Origin: Phaeosaccion multiseriatum
Lineage: Eukaryota > Protista > Ochrophyta, other classes
Assembly: GCA_965112735.1 (NCBI GenBank)
Contig: OZ218956.1
Span: forward strand, 2,046,001 to 2,110,000
Length of the DNA: 64,000 bases
Reading direction: 5' to 3'
The notes under the pieces were generated by a model that was given only the letters and a program-made list of their open reading frames with translations, was not told where the DNA came from and did no database searches. Position 1 is the first letter of the stretch; each line of letters starts with the position of its first letter. Of this stretch, positions 10,089 through 20,136 are shown piece by piece. The translations under genes and the position numbers were made by a program.

Positions 10089-11843
10089 TCAGACATTGAG
10101 AATCACACGGCCCTCGTTGCTGTCCTGCCCTGTGGCGTGGAGTCCGAGCTCTTCGTTGAGGTACGCCAGCACCGCGGGTTTGAGCACGCTGACGCCGTCC
10201 ACGCTGCCGCGGCCTCGCCCGGTGATGACAATGATCTGGCCCTTGGTCTTTTCCACTTGGAGAGCGTATCGAAGGGCGGCCTTGCCGGTCCACTCCGAGT
10301 GCTCGTGCAGGTCCATCACCTCCCCTTCGTTGCCCTTCTCCCAATGCGATATCATACCATTTGTGATAGCCTCTGCGTACAAGCCGTCAGCCAAGCGCCA
10401 TTGCTCGTGCACGGACAGGACATCGATAGCGGCCCTGTACGTCACGTCATTGGGCTTAATGCCCTCTGCGCGCATCTCTGTCAACAAGGCAAGCGCCTTC
10501 TTACCCTGCCCTGCCTTGGCACACGCACTAATCGCAGAGCTGTACGAGACGACCTCAGGCGGAATGCCTTCCCTCCGCATCTCCTCCAGCAAGGCAACAG
10601 CCTTCTCGTACTCTCCTGCATCGCCACAAGCAGAAATCGCAGAACTGTATGTGATGTGATCGGGCTGAAGTCCTTCTTCTCTCATCTCCTTCATCAAGTC
10701 CAATGCCTTCTCGTACTCTCCTGCATAGCCACAAGCAGTAATCGCGGAGTTGTACGAGATGACAGTGCGCTGAAGACCTTCCGTGCCCATGTCCTTTAGC
10801 AAGTCGAGCGCCTTCTCGTACCGCCCTGCCTTGGCACAAGCATAGATCGCAGAGCTGTATGAAAAAGCATTGGGTTGAAGCCCTTCCATCCGCATCTCCT
10901 TCATCAAGTCCAAAGCCTTCTCGTACTCTCCTCCATTGCCACAAGCAGCAATCGCTGAGCTGTACGTGATAACGTTGGGCCGAATCCCCTCCCTCCGCAT
11001 CTCCTCCATCAAGTCCAGCGCCTTTATATGTTTCCCTGCATTGGCACACGCATCAATCGCAGAGTTGTACGAGATGTCATTGGGATGAAGTCCCCCCCTG
11101 CGCATCTCCTCCAGCAAGCCAAGCGCTTTCTTGTATTCCCCTACCTTGGCACACGCACTAACCGCAGAATTGTACGAGACTTCTTTGGGCTCAAGGCCTT
11201 CCCTGCGCATCTCCTCCAGTAAGTCAAGTGCCTTCTCGTGCTCTCCTGCATTGCCACAAGCCCTAATCGCAGAGCTGTAAGTGAAAGCATTGGGCTCAAC
11301 TCCTTCTTCTCGCATCTCCTTCAACAAGTCAAGCGCCTTCTCGTGCTGCCCTGCATTGCCGCAGGCAGATATCGCAGAGCTGTACGTGATGACATCGGGT
11401 TGAAACCCGCTGGTCTTCATCTCATCGAGCAGGGCGAGCGCGCCCTTCCATCGCCCCGCTTTACCCACCGCAGAAATAGAAACGTTGTACAAAATAACAT
11501 TCATCACAACCCCTGACGCTCTCGCCCCCCCAAGTGTTCTCGCGACCCCCCTCCAATCGCGCTCATGTCCAAGTCTCTTGATCTCTTCGGCCAACTTGAT
11601 TTGCCGACCTCTTTCTCCGTATCCTCGTCCAGATGCTCGTCCTTGCTGCATTCCGCCCTCATAGCCCATCGTGCCGAGGAGGCGGAGTGGCCGCCGAGCA
11701 GGGATGGCAGTGGCGTCTCCAAATGAGAGAGGAGGAGTAGGAGGAGGGGAGGAGGTGGAAGAACCAGAGAAAGAACGAGCAGGCGCACACTTTCCACCGC
11801 TGCAACACAGTCCTCCTCCTGCTGTATATATGAATCCCGCCAT
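10089..11843 (-). CDS. Intronless PPR-SMR protein (about 12 PPR motifs plus SMR domain)
   Basis: Same repeat consensus as 6587-9031; SMR-coding region nearly identical in nucleotide sequence to the first copy. Confidence 0.92.
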   Translation of the reverse strand: MAGFIYTAGGGLCCSGGKCAPARSFSGSSTSSPPPTPPLSFGDATAIPARRPLRLLGTMGYEGGMQQGRASGRGYGERGRQIKLAEEIKRLGHERDWRGVARTLGGARASGVVMNVILYNVSISAVGKAGRWKGALALLDEMKTSGFQPDVITYSSAISACGNAGQHEKALDLLKEMREEGVEPNAFTYSSAIRACGNAGEHEKALDLLEEMRREGLEPKEVSYNSAVSACAKVGEYKKALGLLEEMRRGGLHPNDISYNSAIDACANAGKHIKALDLMEEMRREGIRPNVITYSSAIAACGNGGEYEKALDLMKEMRMEGLQPNAFSYSSAIYACAKAGRYEKALDLLKDMGTEGLQRTVISYNSAITACGYAGEYEKALDLMKEMREEGLQPDHITYSSAISACGDAGEYEKAVALLEEMRREGIPPEVVSYSSAISACAKAGQGKKALALLTEMRAEGIKPNDVTYRAAIDVLSVHEQWRLADGLYAEAITNGMISHWEKGNEGEVMDLHEHSEWTGKAALRYALQVEKTKGQIIVITGRGRGSVDGVSVLKPAVLAYLNEELGLHATGQDSNEGRVILNV

Positions 11844-11939
11844 CGCGTCCTTTGGCCCTCCAGTTCCTATATGCGGAGGTGCAGAGGGAAAAGTAAAACA
11901 ATTGGTTTCCTAAAAGTAAAAAAAAAAAAACACCCGCTA

Positions 11940-12315
11940 CTGTGATTTCGCGGTTGAGTGGCACTTTTGACGCCCCATTAATTTTTTTTTACGCCAAATG
12001 ACGATTTTTTTGACGACGTTTGACGACGTTTGACGACGCTTTAGCCCCCTATTTGACGCCCTTTGACGCCTTTTGACGCTCTTTGACGCCCTTTGAGGCC
12101 CTTTTCCGTGATTTTTTTTTACGTGATTTTTTCTAGACGAAATTAAGGCGAATTAAGATAAAAGGGCGTCAAAGTGCGTCAAATAGGGGGCTAAAGCGTC
12201 GTCAAACGTCGTCAAACGTCGTCAAACGTCGTCAAAAAAATCGTCATTTGGCGTAAAAAAAAATTAATGGGGCGTAATTGGGCGTCAAAAGTGCCACTCA
12301 ACCGCGAAATCACAG
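11940..12315. mobile_element. Tc1/mariner-type MITE with long TIRs
   Basis: CTGTGATTTCGCGGTTGAGTGGCACTTTTGACGCCC... is inverted at ...GGGCGTCAAAAGTGCCACTCAACCGCGAAATCACAG; arms of about 130 bp with TTTGACGACG sub-repeats; flanked by TA on both sides (11938-11939, 12316-12317). Confidence 0.88.
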
Positions 12316-12347
12316 TATTGTTCCTTTCCTTTTGAATGAAGCAGCCT

Positions 12348-12518
12348 ACTATCCGCTATCGCCGGCGCCAGCCGGCACGCTATCCGCTATCGCCGGCGCC
12401 AGCCGGCTTTGGGGGGGGGGGGGGGGGGGTTGTTGGGGCGTGCTATCCGCCAGCCGGCGCGCTATCCGCTATCGCCGGGGCCCGATAGCGCGCTATCGAG
12501 AATGTGGCGATAGTGTAT
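12348..12518. repeat. GC-rich repeat remnant (GCTATCCGCTATCGCCGGCGCCAGCCGGC units)
   Basis: Three to four imperfect units around a poly-G run; lies where the third PPR gene breaks off. Confidence 0.6.
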
Positions 12519-12572
12519 CAGGGGTCGACCAATGCACACGTTTCCCCTGACCTTTCCCTGTTCCTCAACCCG

Positions 12573-14657
12573 TCAAGCGCTTTCTCGCGCTCCCTTGGAT
12601 TCCCACCAAGCAGTCATGGCAAAGCTGTAGCTGACAATGTCGGGCGGAAGGCCCTCCGTGCGCATTTCCTTCAGCAAATCCAGCGCCTTTTCGTACTGGC
12701 CCGCCTTTCCACAAGCAGCTATTACAGAGGTGTAAGAGCTCCTGTCGGGTTGAAGGCCTTCGTCTCGCATCTCCTTTAACATGTCAAGCGCCTCCTCGTA
12801 CTGCCCTGCATTACCACAAGCACTGATCGCAGTGTTGTACACATCAGGCTGAAGGCCCTCCTTGCGCATCTCCTCCAGCGAGTCAACCGTCGTATCGTGC
12901 TGCCTAGCTTTGTCCCAAGCAGCAAGCGCACATTTGTACGAGATGGTATTGGGCTGAAGGCCCTCCTTTATCATCTCCTTGAACAGGTTAAATGCCTTCG
13001 CGTGCTTACCTGCCTTGGCGCAAGCATCAATCGCAGAGCTGTACATTTCATCGGGCTGAAGGCCCTCCGCGCGCACCTCCTCCCGCAGGGCAAGCGCCTT
13101 CTCGTGCTCTCCCGTGAAGGCATAAGCAGTAATCGCAGAGCTGTACCAGATCTTATCGGGCTGAAGGCCCTCCGTACGCATCTTCTTGAGCAAGTCTAGT
13201 ACCTTCTCGTGCTCTCCCGCCTTGCCACAAGCAGCAATCGCAGAATTGTACGAAACCGCATTGGGTGGAAGTCCTTCCTTCCGCATGTCCTCCAGCAAGT
13301 TCAGCGCCTTGTCGTGCTCTCCTGCCTGGGCACAAGCACTAACCGCGGAACTGTATGTAGTGACGTCGGGCTGAAGACCCTCCGTGCGCATCTTCTCCAG
13401 CAAGTCCAGCGCCTTCTCGTGCTCTCCTGCCTTGCCACAAGCAGCAATCGCAGAATTGTACGAAACCGCATTAGGTTTAACCCCTTCCCTCCGCATCTCC
13501 GTCAACAGGTCCAGTGCCTTCTCGTGCTGAGCTGCTTTGCCACAAGCATCAATCGCAGAGCTGTACGAGATTTCATTGGGCTGAAGCGCTTCCCTCCGCA
13601 TCTCCTCCAGCAAATCCAGTGCCTTTTCGTGCTTCCCTGCCTTGGCACAAGCACTGATCGCAGAACTATACGTGATTTCATTGGGCTGAACTCCTTGCCT
13701 CCGCATCTCCTTCAGCAAGTCAAGCGCCTTCTCGTAGTGCCCTGCCTTGCCACACGCAGAAATTGCGGAACTGAACGAGATGATGTCGGGCTGAAGGCCC
13801 TCTCTCCGCATCTCCTCCAGCAAGGCAAGCGCCTTCTCGTGCTCTCCTGCTTTCCCACAGGCATCAATCGCAGAGTTGTACGAGATTTCATTGGGATGAA
13901 GACCTCCTTCTCGCATCTCCTTCAACAAGTCAAGCGCTTTCTCGTGCTCTCCTGCCTTGCCACAAGCAGCAATCGCAGAACTGTACGAGAATTTATTGGG
14001 CTGAAGTCCTTCCTCTGGCATTTCCTTCAGCAAGGCAAGCGCCTTCTCATACTGCCCTGCCTTGCCGCACGCAGAAATCGCAGAAGTGTATGTGATGGCA
14101 TTGGGGTGAATTCCTTCCCTCCGCATCGTCTTCATCAAGTCAAGTGCCTTCTCGTACTGCCCTGCCTTGCCACAAGCACTAATCGCGGAACTGTACGTGA
14201 TTACGTTGGGCACGACCCCACTTGCCTTCATGTCATCGAGTAGGGCAAGCGCACCCTTCCATCGCCCCGCTTCACCCACCGCAGAAATGGAAGCGTTGAA
14301 CAAAACGACGCTCATCTGAAGCCCCGCTGCTCTCGCCTCCTCAAGCGCGTTCGCAACACCTTTCCAATCGCCCTTCTTTCCGAGTTTCTGAACCTCTTTG
14401 GTCAGAAAAAAACGATCTGTGCTGTTGCCACCTCGCACATACCGTCGTGCAGATCCTCGTCCTTGCTGCGTCTCGCTTTCAGTGCCCATGCTTCTGTGGA
14501 GTGGGGGCGAATGAATCGCCGATAGGACGCAGAAGGAGTGTCGTCTCTTTTCTCCCCAAGAGGAGGTAAAAGCACCAGAGACAGGTATGAAAGCAGTGCC
14601 AGAAGCACCATCTCCTCCCCTGCCATACAGGCCCGCTACTTCTGCGGAGCCCCTCAT
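12573..14657 (-). CDS. Intronless PPR protein (about 17 motifs), frameshifted in the last repeat and lacking SMR; possible pseudogene
   Basis: Same repeat family; motifs 13-16 are degenerate or shortened; after ...AMTA an extra base shifts the frame, and the other frame still reads GNPREREKALDGL; start placed at ATG 14657 because the longer ORF overlaps the ACAD gene. Confidence 0.8.
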   Translation of the reverse strand: MRGSAEVAGLYGRGGDGASGTAFIPVSGAFTSSWGEKRRHSFCVLSAIHSPPLHRSMGTESETQQGRGSARRYVRGGNSTDRFFLTKEVQKLGKKGDWKGVANALEEARAAGLQMSVVLFNASISAVGEAGRWKGALALLDDMKASGVVPNVITYSSAISACGKAGQYEKALDLMKTMRREGIHPNAITYTSAISACGKAGQYEKALALLKEMPEEGLQPNKFSYSSAIAACGKAGEHEKALDLLKEMREGGLHPNEISYNSAIDACGKAGEHEKALALLEEMRREGLQPDIISFSSAISACGKAGHYEKALDLLKEMRRQGVQPNEITYSSAISACAKAGKHEKALDLLEEMRREALQPNEISYSSAIDACGKAAQHEKALDLLTEMRREGVKPNAVSYNSAIAACGKAGEHEKALDLLEKMRTEGLQPDVTTYSSAVSACAQAGEHDKALNLLEDMRKEGLPPNAVSYNSAIAACGKAGEHEKVLDLLKKMRTEGLQPDKIWYSSAITAYAFTGEHEKALALREEVRAEGLQPDEMYSSAIDACAKAGKHAKAFNLFKEMIKEGLQPNTISYKCALAAWDKARQHDTTVDSLEEMRKEGLQPDVYNTAISACGNAGQYEEALDMLKEMRDEGLQPDRSSYTSVIAACGKAGQYEKALDLLKEMRTEGLPPDIVSYSFAMTAWWESKGARESA

Positions 14658-14786
14658 CCTTTTATGGGCTGACTGGACGAACTTGGTGGGGGCGTTGGTT
14701 GTACTCCGTCGCCATTTGTTGTAAACGTGGTGCGCCCCCCCCTTTCCGCCCCTCGATCCCTCCTTCTCCATCGCACACAGCCCGTG

Positions 14787-17617
14787 ATGGATTTCGGGAG
14801 GCGGTACGAAACGCTGGTGGAGTTCGTCGAGCAGGATGTGATTCCGGCAGAGTGCATCTTTGAGGCGCAAGTGGCAGAGGCGGAGAGAAGAACGGGGTCG
14901 AGGTGGGCGGAATACCCGCCCGTCATGGAGCAGCTCAAGACCAAGGCCAAGAGCCTCGGGCTTTGGAATCTGTTCATGCCCAAAGGACACGAAGGAAGCG
15001 CGGGGGTGTCCATGAAGGACTACGCCATCATGAGCGAGGTGCGGTGTATCTCATTGTGCCGCAGTGGAGAAGAGGGGAAAGAAAAGAGAGAAAGGGGAGG
15101 GGAGAGGGTTTGCGAGGAAGGGAGGAATATTTCAAATCTCCCCCGCCTCTCTCTCCTCTTGCTGTGTTTTGCCAACTGCAGGAGCCGTTCTCCTCTGCCT
15201 TGATTTGCGCCCTGAGTCTGAACCCACTCCCTCGTCCTTCTACCTCTACCCTTTACATGAATTCAAATGCATCCAAAGGTTATGGGGCGGTCTTTCTTAG
15301 CTCCGGAGGCGTGTAACTGCAATGCCCCAGACACCGGGAACATGGAGGTGCTTGCAAAATACGGTAGCAAGGCCCAGAGGGAGAGGTAAGTTGGTTGGGA
15401 TTGGGGCTGGGGTTCGGGTTAGAGAGGTACATATGCGGACCCGCTGCTGTTTAAGAGGGAGTTTGGGGTGGTTCTGGGAAGCCTCCTTCCTTGCACTTGC
15501 CTGCTGCTGTGCTTGGCGCAGAGTCGAGAGAAACTAATTTTAAGGAAGACCGTCCATCAGAGGCACAGGAGCGAAGAAGAATTTCATTTAGCGGCTCCTC
15601 GTGTTTATCTATGAATACACACCCCTCCCCTCCCACTCACACTCACACGCATACGCATAAACACACACACATATATACACACACGCACGCACGCACGCAC
15701 GCACACACATACACACACAGATGGCTCACCCCGCTGCTGGAGGGCAAGATCCGCAGCGCCTTCCTCATGACGGAGCCCGACGTGGCGAGCTCCGACGCCA
15801 CCAACATCGAGTGCTCCATCCGAGCCCTGCCCAGCGACGAGGGCGGCGGGTACGTTGTCGTTGGCGGCGGGTGTGTTGTCAGTTGTGAGGATCATACCTT
15901 GTCAGTTTTCAGTTTCAGTTTCAGTGTTGACCACACATGAACGCCTCTCAACACGTCAACACACGCTGGCTGTCCACTATCCACCGTCACTCGTCACCGT
16001 CACTGCCACGACCAGGTATGTTGTCAACGGGAGAAAGTGGTGGTCCACCGGGGCGGGCGACCCACGCTGTGCCATCACCATCGTTATGGGCCGGATGGAG
16101 GGCCCCAACTGGGGAGACGGCAGCAGGTCTCTCTCTCGCCACGGCCGCCACAGCATGGTTCTCATCCCCCTACACACTGCGGGTGTGAAGGTGGAGCGCG
16201 AATTAACTGTGTTTGGGTACGATGACGCCCCTCACGGGCATGCAGAGGTGTCTCTCACGGATGTGAGAGTACCCAGAGACGCCATCTTGCTCGGGGAGGG
16301 GAGGGGCTTTGAAATTGCGCAGGGCAGGTATGTGTGTGTATGTATGTGTTTGTGTATTGTATCCGTCACCATCACCCTCACCCTCACCCTGACATCTTAC
16401 CCTACACTTGACATCTCCTCCTCCCCCTCCTCCTCAGGCTCGGGCCGGGGCGCGTCCACCATTGCATGCGTGCTATTGGCCTGGCTGAAAGGGCCCTCGC
16501 CGCTGCCGTTGTTCGCACTCGACAACGCAGGACCTTTGGGAAACTGCTGAGTGAGAACGAAGTTGTCAGGCATCAACTAGCAGAGAGCCGCATGGACATC
16601 GCACAGGTGGATGAGGAGAGCGCGGAGGGAGGGAGGGAGGGAGGGCAAGAGACGGGGAGGGGAGTGGAGGGAGAGAGGGTTGATGTGATTTGTCTTGATT
16701 TGGATTTGGGACTTTGAATCTAATTCCTTCTTCTGTCGCAATCGATGCGCTTGCATCCTCTGTGCATGCATATCTGTCATATCCTACTCGCTTCCTCCCA
16801 CTCCATGACAGGCTCGGCTGCTAGTCCTGGACTGCGCAGAGAAATTGGAGACTCTGGGGCTGAAGGGGGCCATTCAGGAAGTGTCCATGATCAAGGTACG
16901 ATGAGGGTTGCAGTTGCAGCTGCGGTTGTAGTTTATTAGACCTTTTGCTGTAGTCAATCGGTAGGTAGGTAGGTAGGTAGGTAGGTAGGTAGGTAGGTAG
17001 GTAGGTAGGTAGGTAGGTAGGTAGGTAGGTAGGTAGGTAGGTAGGTAGGTACAAAGAGCCAAGTAGAGACCTGCTGCTCACGGAAAGTAGTTGCGTTCCA
17101 GGCCTTTGACCTCGATCACTATCGACGAACAAGCCCTTCCGCTCCCCTCCCTCGATTAGGTTGTTGTCCCGCGGGCAGCGTGTCAGGTGATCGACCGGGC
17201 TATTCAGATTCACGGCGGCATGGGCGTGAGTCAAGACTCTTTCCTTGCCTCGGCTTACGCTCACATGCGCACACTTCGGATAGCGGATGGACCAGACGAG
17301 GTAGGAGGGCAGGACGAGAGCAGCGGTTACAAAGGAATGGAGCACACCCACACCGGCACCCTTTAGCCCTCTTCCAGTCCTTTATGAAGCGCGCTCTTTT
17401 TCTCTCTCTCTCTCTCTCTCTTTCTTTGTTGCTCCCTTCCCCCCCCCCCGCTCCTCCTCTTCCTCCTCCTCCCCCACTCCTGTCATAGGTCCATATTCGG
17501 AGCGTCGCCAAACAGGAGCTTGCAGGGAGGGACGAAGAGAGGGCAGGGGCAAGGGGTCTCGCACAGCTCACACTCTCACGAACGAGAGCAGGACAGAGAG
17601 CGAGGCCTAGACTGTGA
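14787..17617 (+). CDS. ACAD11: Acyl-CoA dehydrogenase, ACAD10/11 (IBR3)-type, 8 exons, C-terminal PRL (PTS1-like)
   Basis: Motifs [87 protein letters not shown]; GT-AG exons about 14787-15038, 15279-15385, 15721-15849, 16016-16327, 16438-16606, 16812-16895, 17160-17300, 17489-17617. Confidence 0.92.
16960..17051. repeat. (GGTA)n microsatellite in an ACAD intron
   Basis: About 23 perfect units. Confidence 0.95.
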
Positions 17618-18874
17618 TGCCCCTCCAGGTCGCGGGACAGCATGCTGACAGTATATAGGCTCGATACACACGGCACTGGCTGTGCACGGATGTTTACTAT
17701 AGATGGTGAGATGGTGGGCGGATGTGACAAGTCCAGCAGCGGCTTCATCGGGTCCTTCCTTCCGTCCTTCCTTCCTTCCGGACGGGAGGGTGGCAATGAG
17801 GATGGTGATGGTGACGACTACGCTTGGTTTAGCTTGGTTGGCTTGACTTTCCTGGCTTGGCTTGGCTTGGCTTGGCTTGCTTGGCTTGGCTTACAGTGAC
17901 TGGCCCACGAAGAGAAAGCGGAGAAGAAGACGGGGGGGGGAGCTCATTCAATAGGAGACGTCAACAAGAGAGCAGGGCTGGCAGGACAAGAGGCACAGCG
18001 CACGCACGAGACACAAGATGGAGTGGCGTGGTGCACCTTCGGGGCTGCCCATCTGCCGACCTGTGGCTGAGCAGCAGCAGCAGCAGCATGAGTTGAAGTG
18101 GTGGTTTTGCTGCTTGGAAGGATCATGACTCACAGAGAGACAGGCTAAGAGATCTGTCAACAGACAATGACGGCTCACTTGTGCTGCTGCTCTCATCGAT
18201 GCATCGGATGATCAGAGCTTCTGTAAGAGGGGCGGTGAATGGTGGTGGATGGCAGTAGATGGCAGTGGTTGGCGAAGGGCCTTACGCTGGGCGGCGGTCT
18301 CGATACGCTCTCACTCAAGGCCAAAAACCGTAGTGAACAAGTTAAGTATTTTGCGGAGCGGGACTCGTATTGGGGATCAGTCGCGCTCGGTAGACACAAA
18401 TAGAATGGAAGCTTGCTTACGGTGGACGTTTTAAGCAGAGGCTTACTAACCGAAGGAGGAAATGTTTTTATAAAAAAATTAATTAGTCGTGCCTGCTGTA
18501 TAACCACTTGGCAGTCTTGAAAAGAGACACAACATCATCGCCCTTGGTACTTGCACAACCCTCCGACGAGAGCGAGCGCTCCGCCGAGCGGAACTGAACT
18601 CGTTGCTCGTATTGCAACACTTGCAGTGTACAACCGACTCAAAAGAATTCGACAACTTGTCGTTCTACTGCTGCTGCTGCTTCTACTACTACTGCTACTA
18701 CTCTACTACTCTGCTGCTGCTGCTGCTACGCTTCTGCCCCCCCCCCCCCCCACTTGTTCTTTCCGTCGCCCAACATGGCTCTATATATCGAGACTTTGAG
18801 CGATCCTTCCTCCCCCCACCGCCGCCCGAATGAGAGTCAAAACATAGCCTCACCCGGCCAAAGGAACACAAAAA

Positions 18875-18992
18875 GGGTCACGGTCTACCTCCCCCTCGGG
18901 TCACGGTCTACCTCCCCCTCGGGTCACAGTCTACCTCCCCCTCGGGTCACGGTCCAAGTCTCCCTCGGGTCACGGTCGACCTCCCCCTCGGG
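18875..18992. repeat. 23-bp tandem repeat, about 5 copies, overlapping the PHD-gene stop codon
   Basis: GGGTCACGGTCTACCTCCCCCTC units; the last unit contains TCA at 18970-18972 (TGA on the minus strand). Confidence 0.9.
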
Positions 18993-20102
18993 GTCGCCCA
19001 CCCCCGCCCCTGCCCGGTTGAGTATACCCGTATCCTTCTCCTCCTCCTCCTCCTCCTCCTCCTCCTCCCTGCCGTCCGTAGTCGTCGTGTGCGCCGTGGT
19101 ACACAACAGGCTGTCGATGGCCCTGCCCCTGCCCCTGCTGCTGAGCCCCTCTGCGCGTGCCCACCCCTCCCCTCCGCGGACCGTTCCTCGGCGGGCCCTC
19201 TGCCGCCGTCTCGCTGCCCCCTACCTCTTGAATGCCTCTCTTCTGCGGCTGCCCACTCCCTCCTCCTATCCCATAGTCTCCGCGCCCTCCTCCTCCTCCT
19301 CCTCTTCCTCCTCCTCCTCCTCCTCCTCCTCCTCCTCCTCCTCCTCCTCCTCCTCCTCCTCCTCCTCCTGGGTGGTCATAGTCGAACGAAGTCCCCCCTA
19401 CTGAGGTACCGCCTGAAGCCCCTCCTTCACCGCCCGCCGATGACTCCCTCCCCCCCCCAGGAGATCGCTGGGCAGCATGGTAGGCCATGAGGGGCGAAGC
19501 GTGAGGGCTACTTCGACTCGAGCTCGGAGTAACCCCGGGACCTCTTCCGCCGTAGCCATAGCCACTCCCCGGTGGGGCATAGGGACCAACACCACCACCA
19601 CCCCGTCCTTCCCCTCCGGTGCGGAGGAGGCTCAAGCCGTGCTGGGGGGGGTTGCCGTGGCGGTAGGACGACTGCTGCTGCTGCTGTATCACCAACTGCT
19701 GCTGCTGCTGTTGCTCATGGTGGAAGTGCCGGCGATCGGCGTAGTGCTCTCCCGCCTCTCCCTGCTGCTGCCGCTGCTGCTCCGTGGAAGGGTTGGCCGC
19801 CCCTCCAACTCCTCCTCCTCCTCCTCCTCTCCTATCGCCACCACCGGCACCGCCACTAAAGGGAGGATACCCCCTTCTTCGAAAGCCTTCCTCCCCGTGA
19901 ACAGACGCGATCCTCCCGCCTTCGCCCCCCTCCCTCTCCCCCTGCATCCCCAACTGCCTCTGCCGCTTTCGCCCCTGCCGACCAAGCCCCTCACCACCAC
20001 CACCGTCGCCACCGTCGTCCCCCTCCTCCGGCCCCCGAGGGTGCTTCACCCCCCCAAGTTGGTGCTTCAGCCCGTCTCCCCCCGGGGCCCTGTGCTCCCC
20101 CC

Positions 20103-20136
<34 letters not shown>

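Noticed and set aside
14658-14990. N-terminal extension of the 805-aa PPR ORF
   Set aside because: Overlaps the conserved first ACAD exon on the opposite strand and has no counterpart in the paralogues
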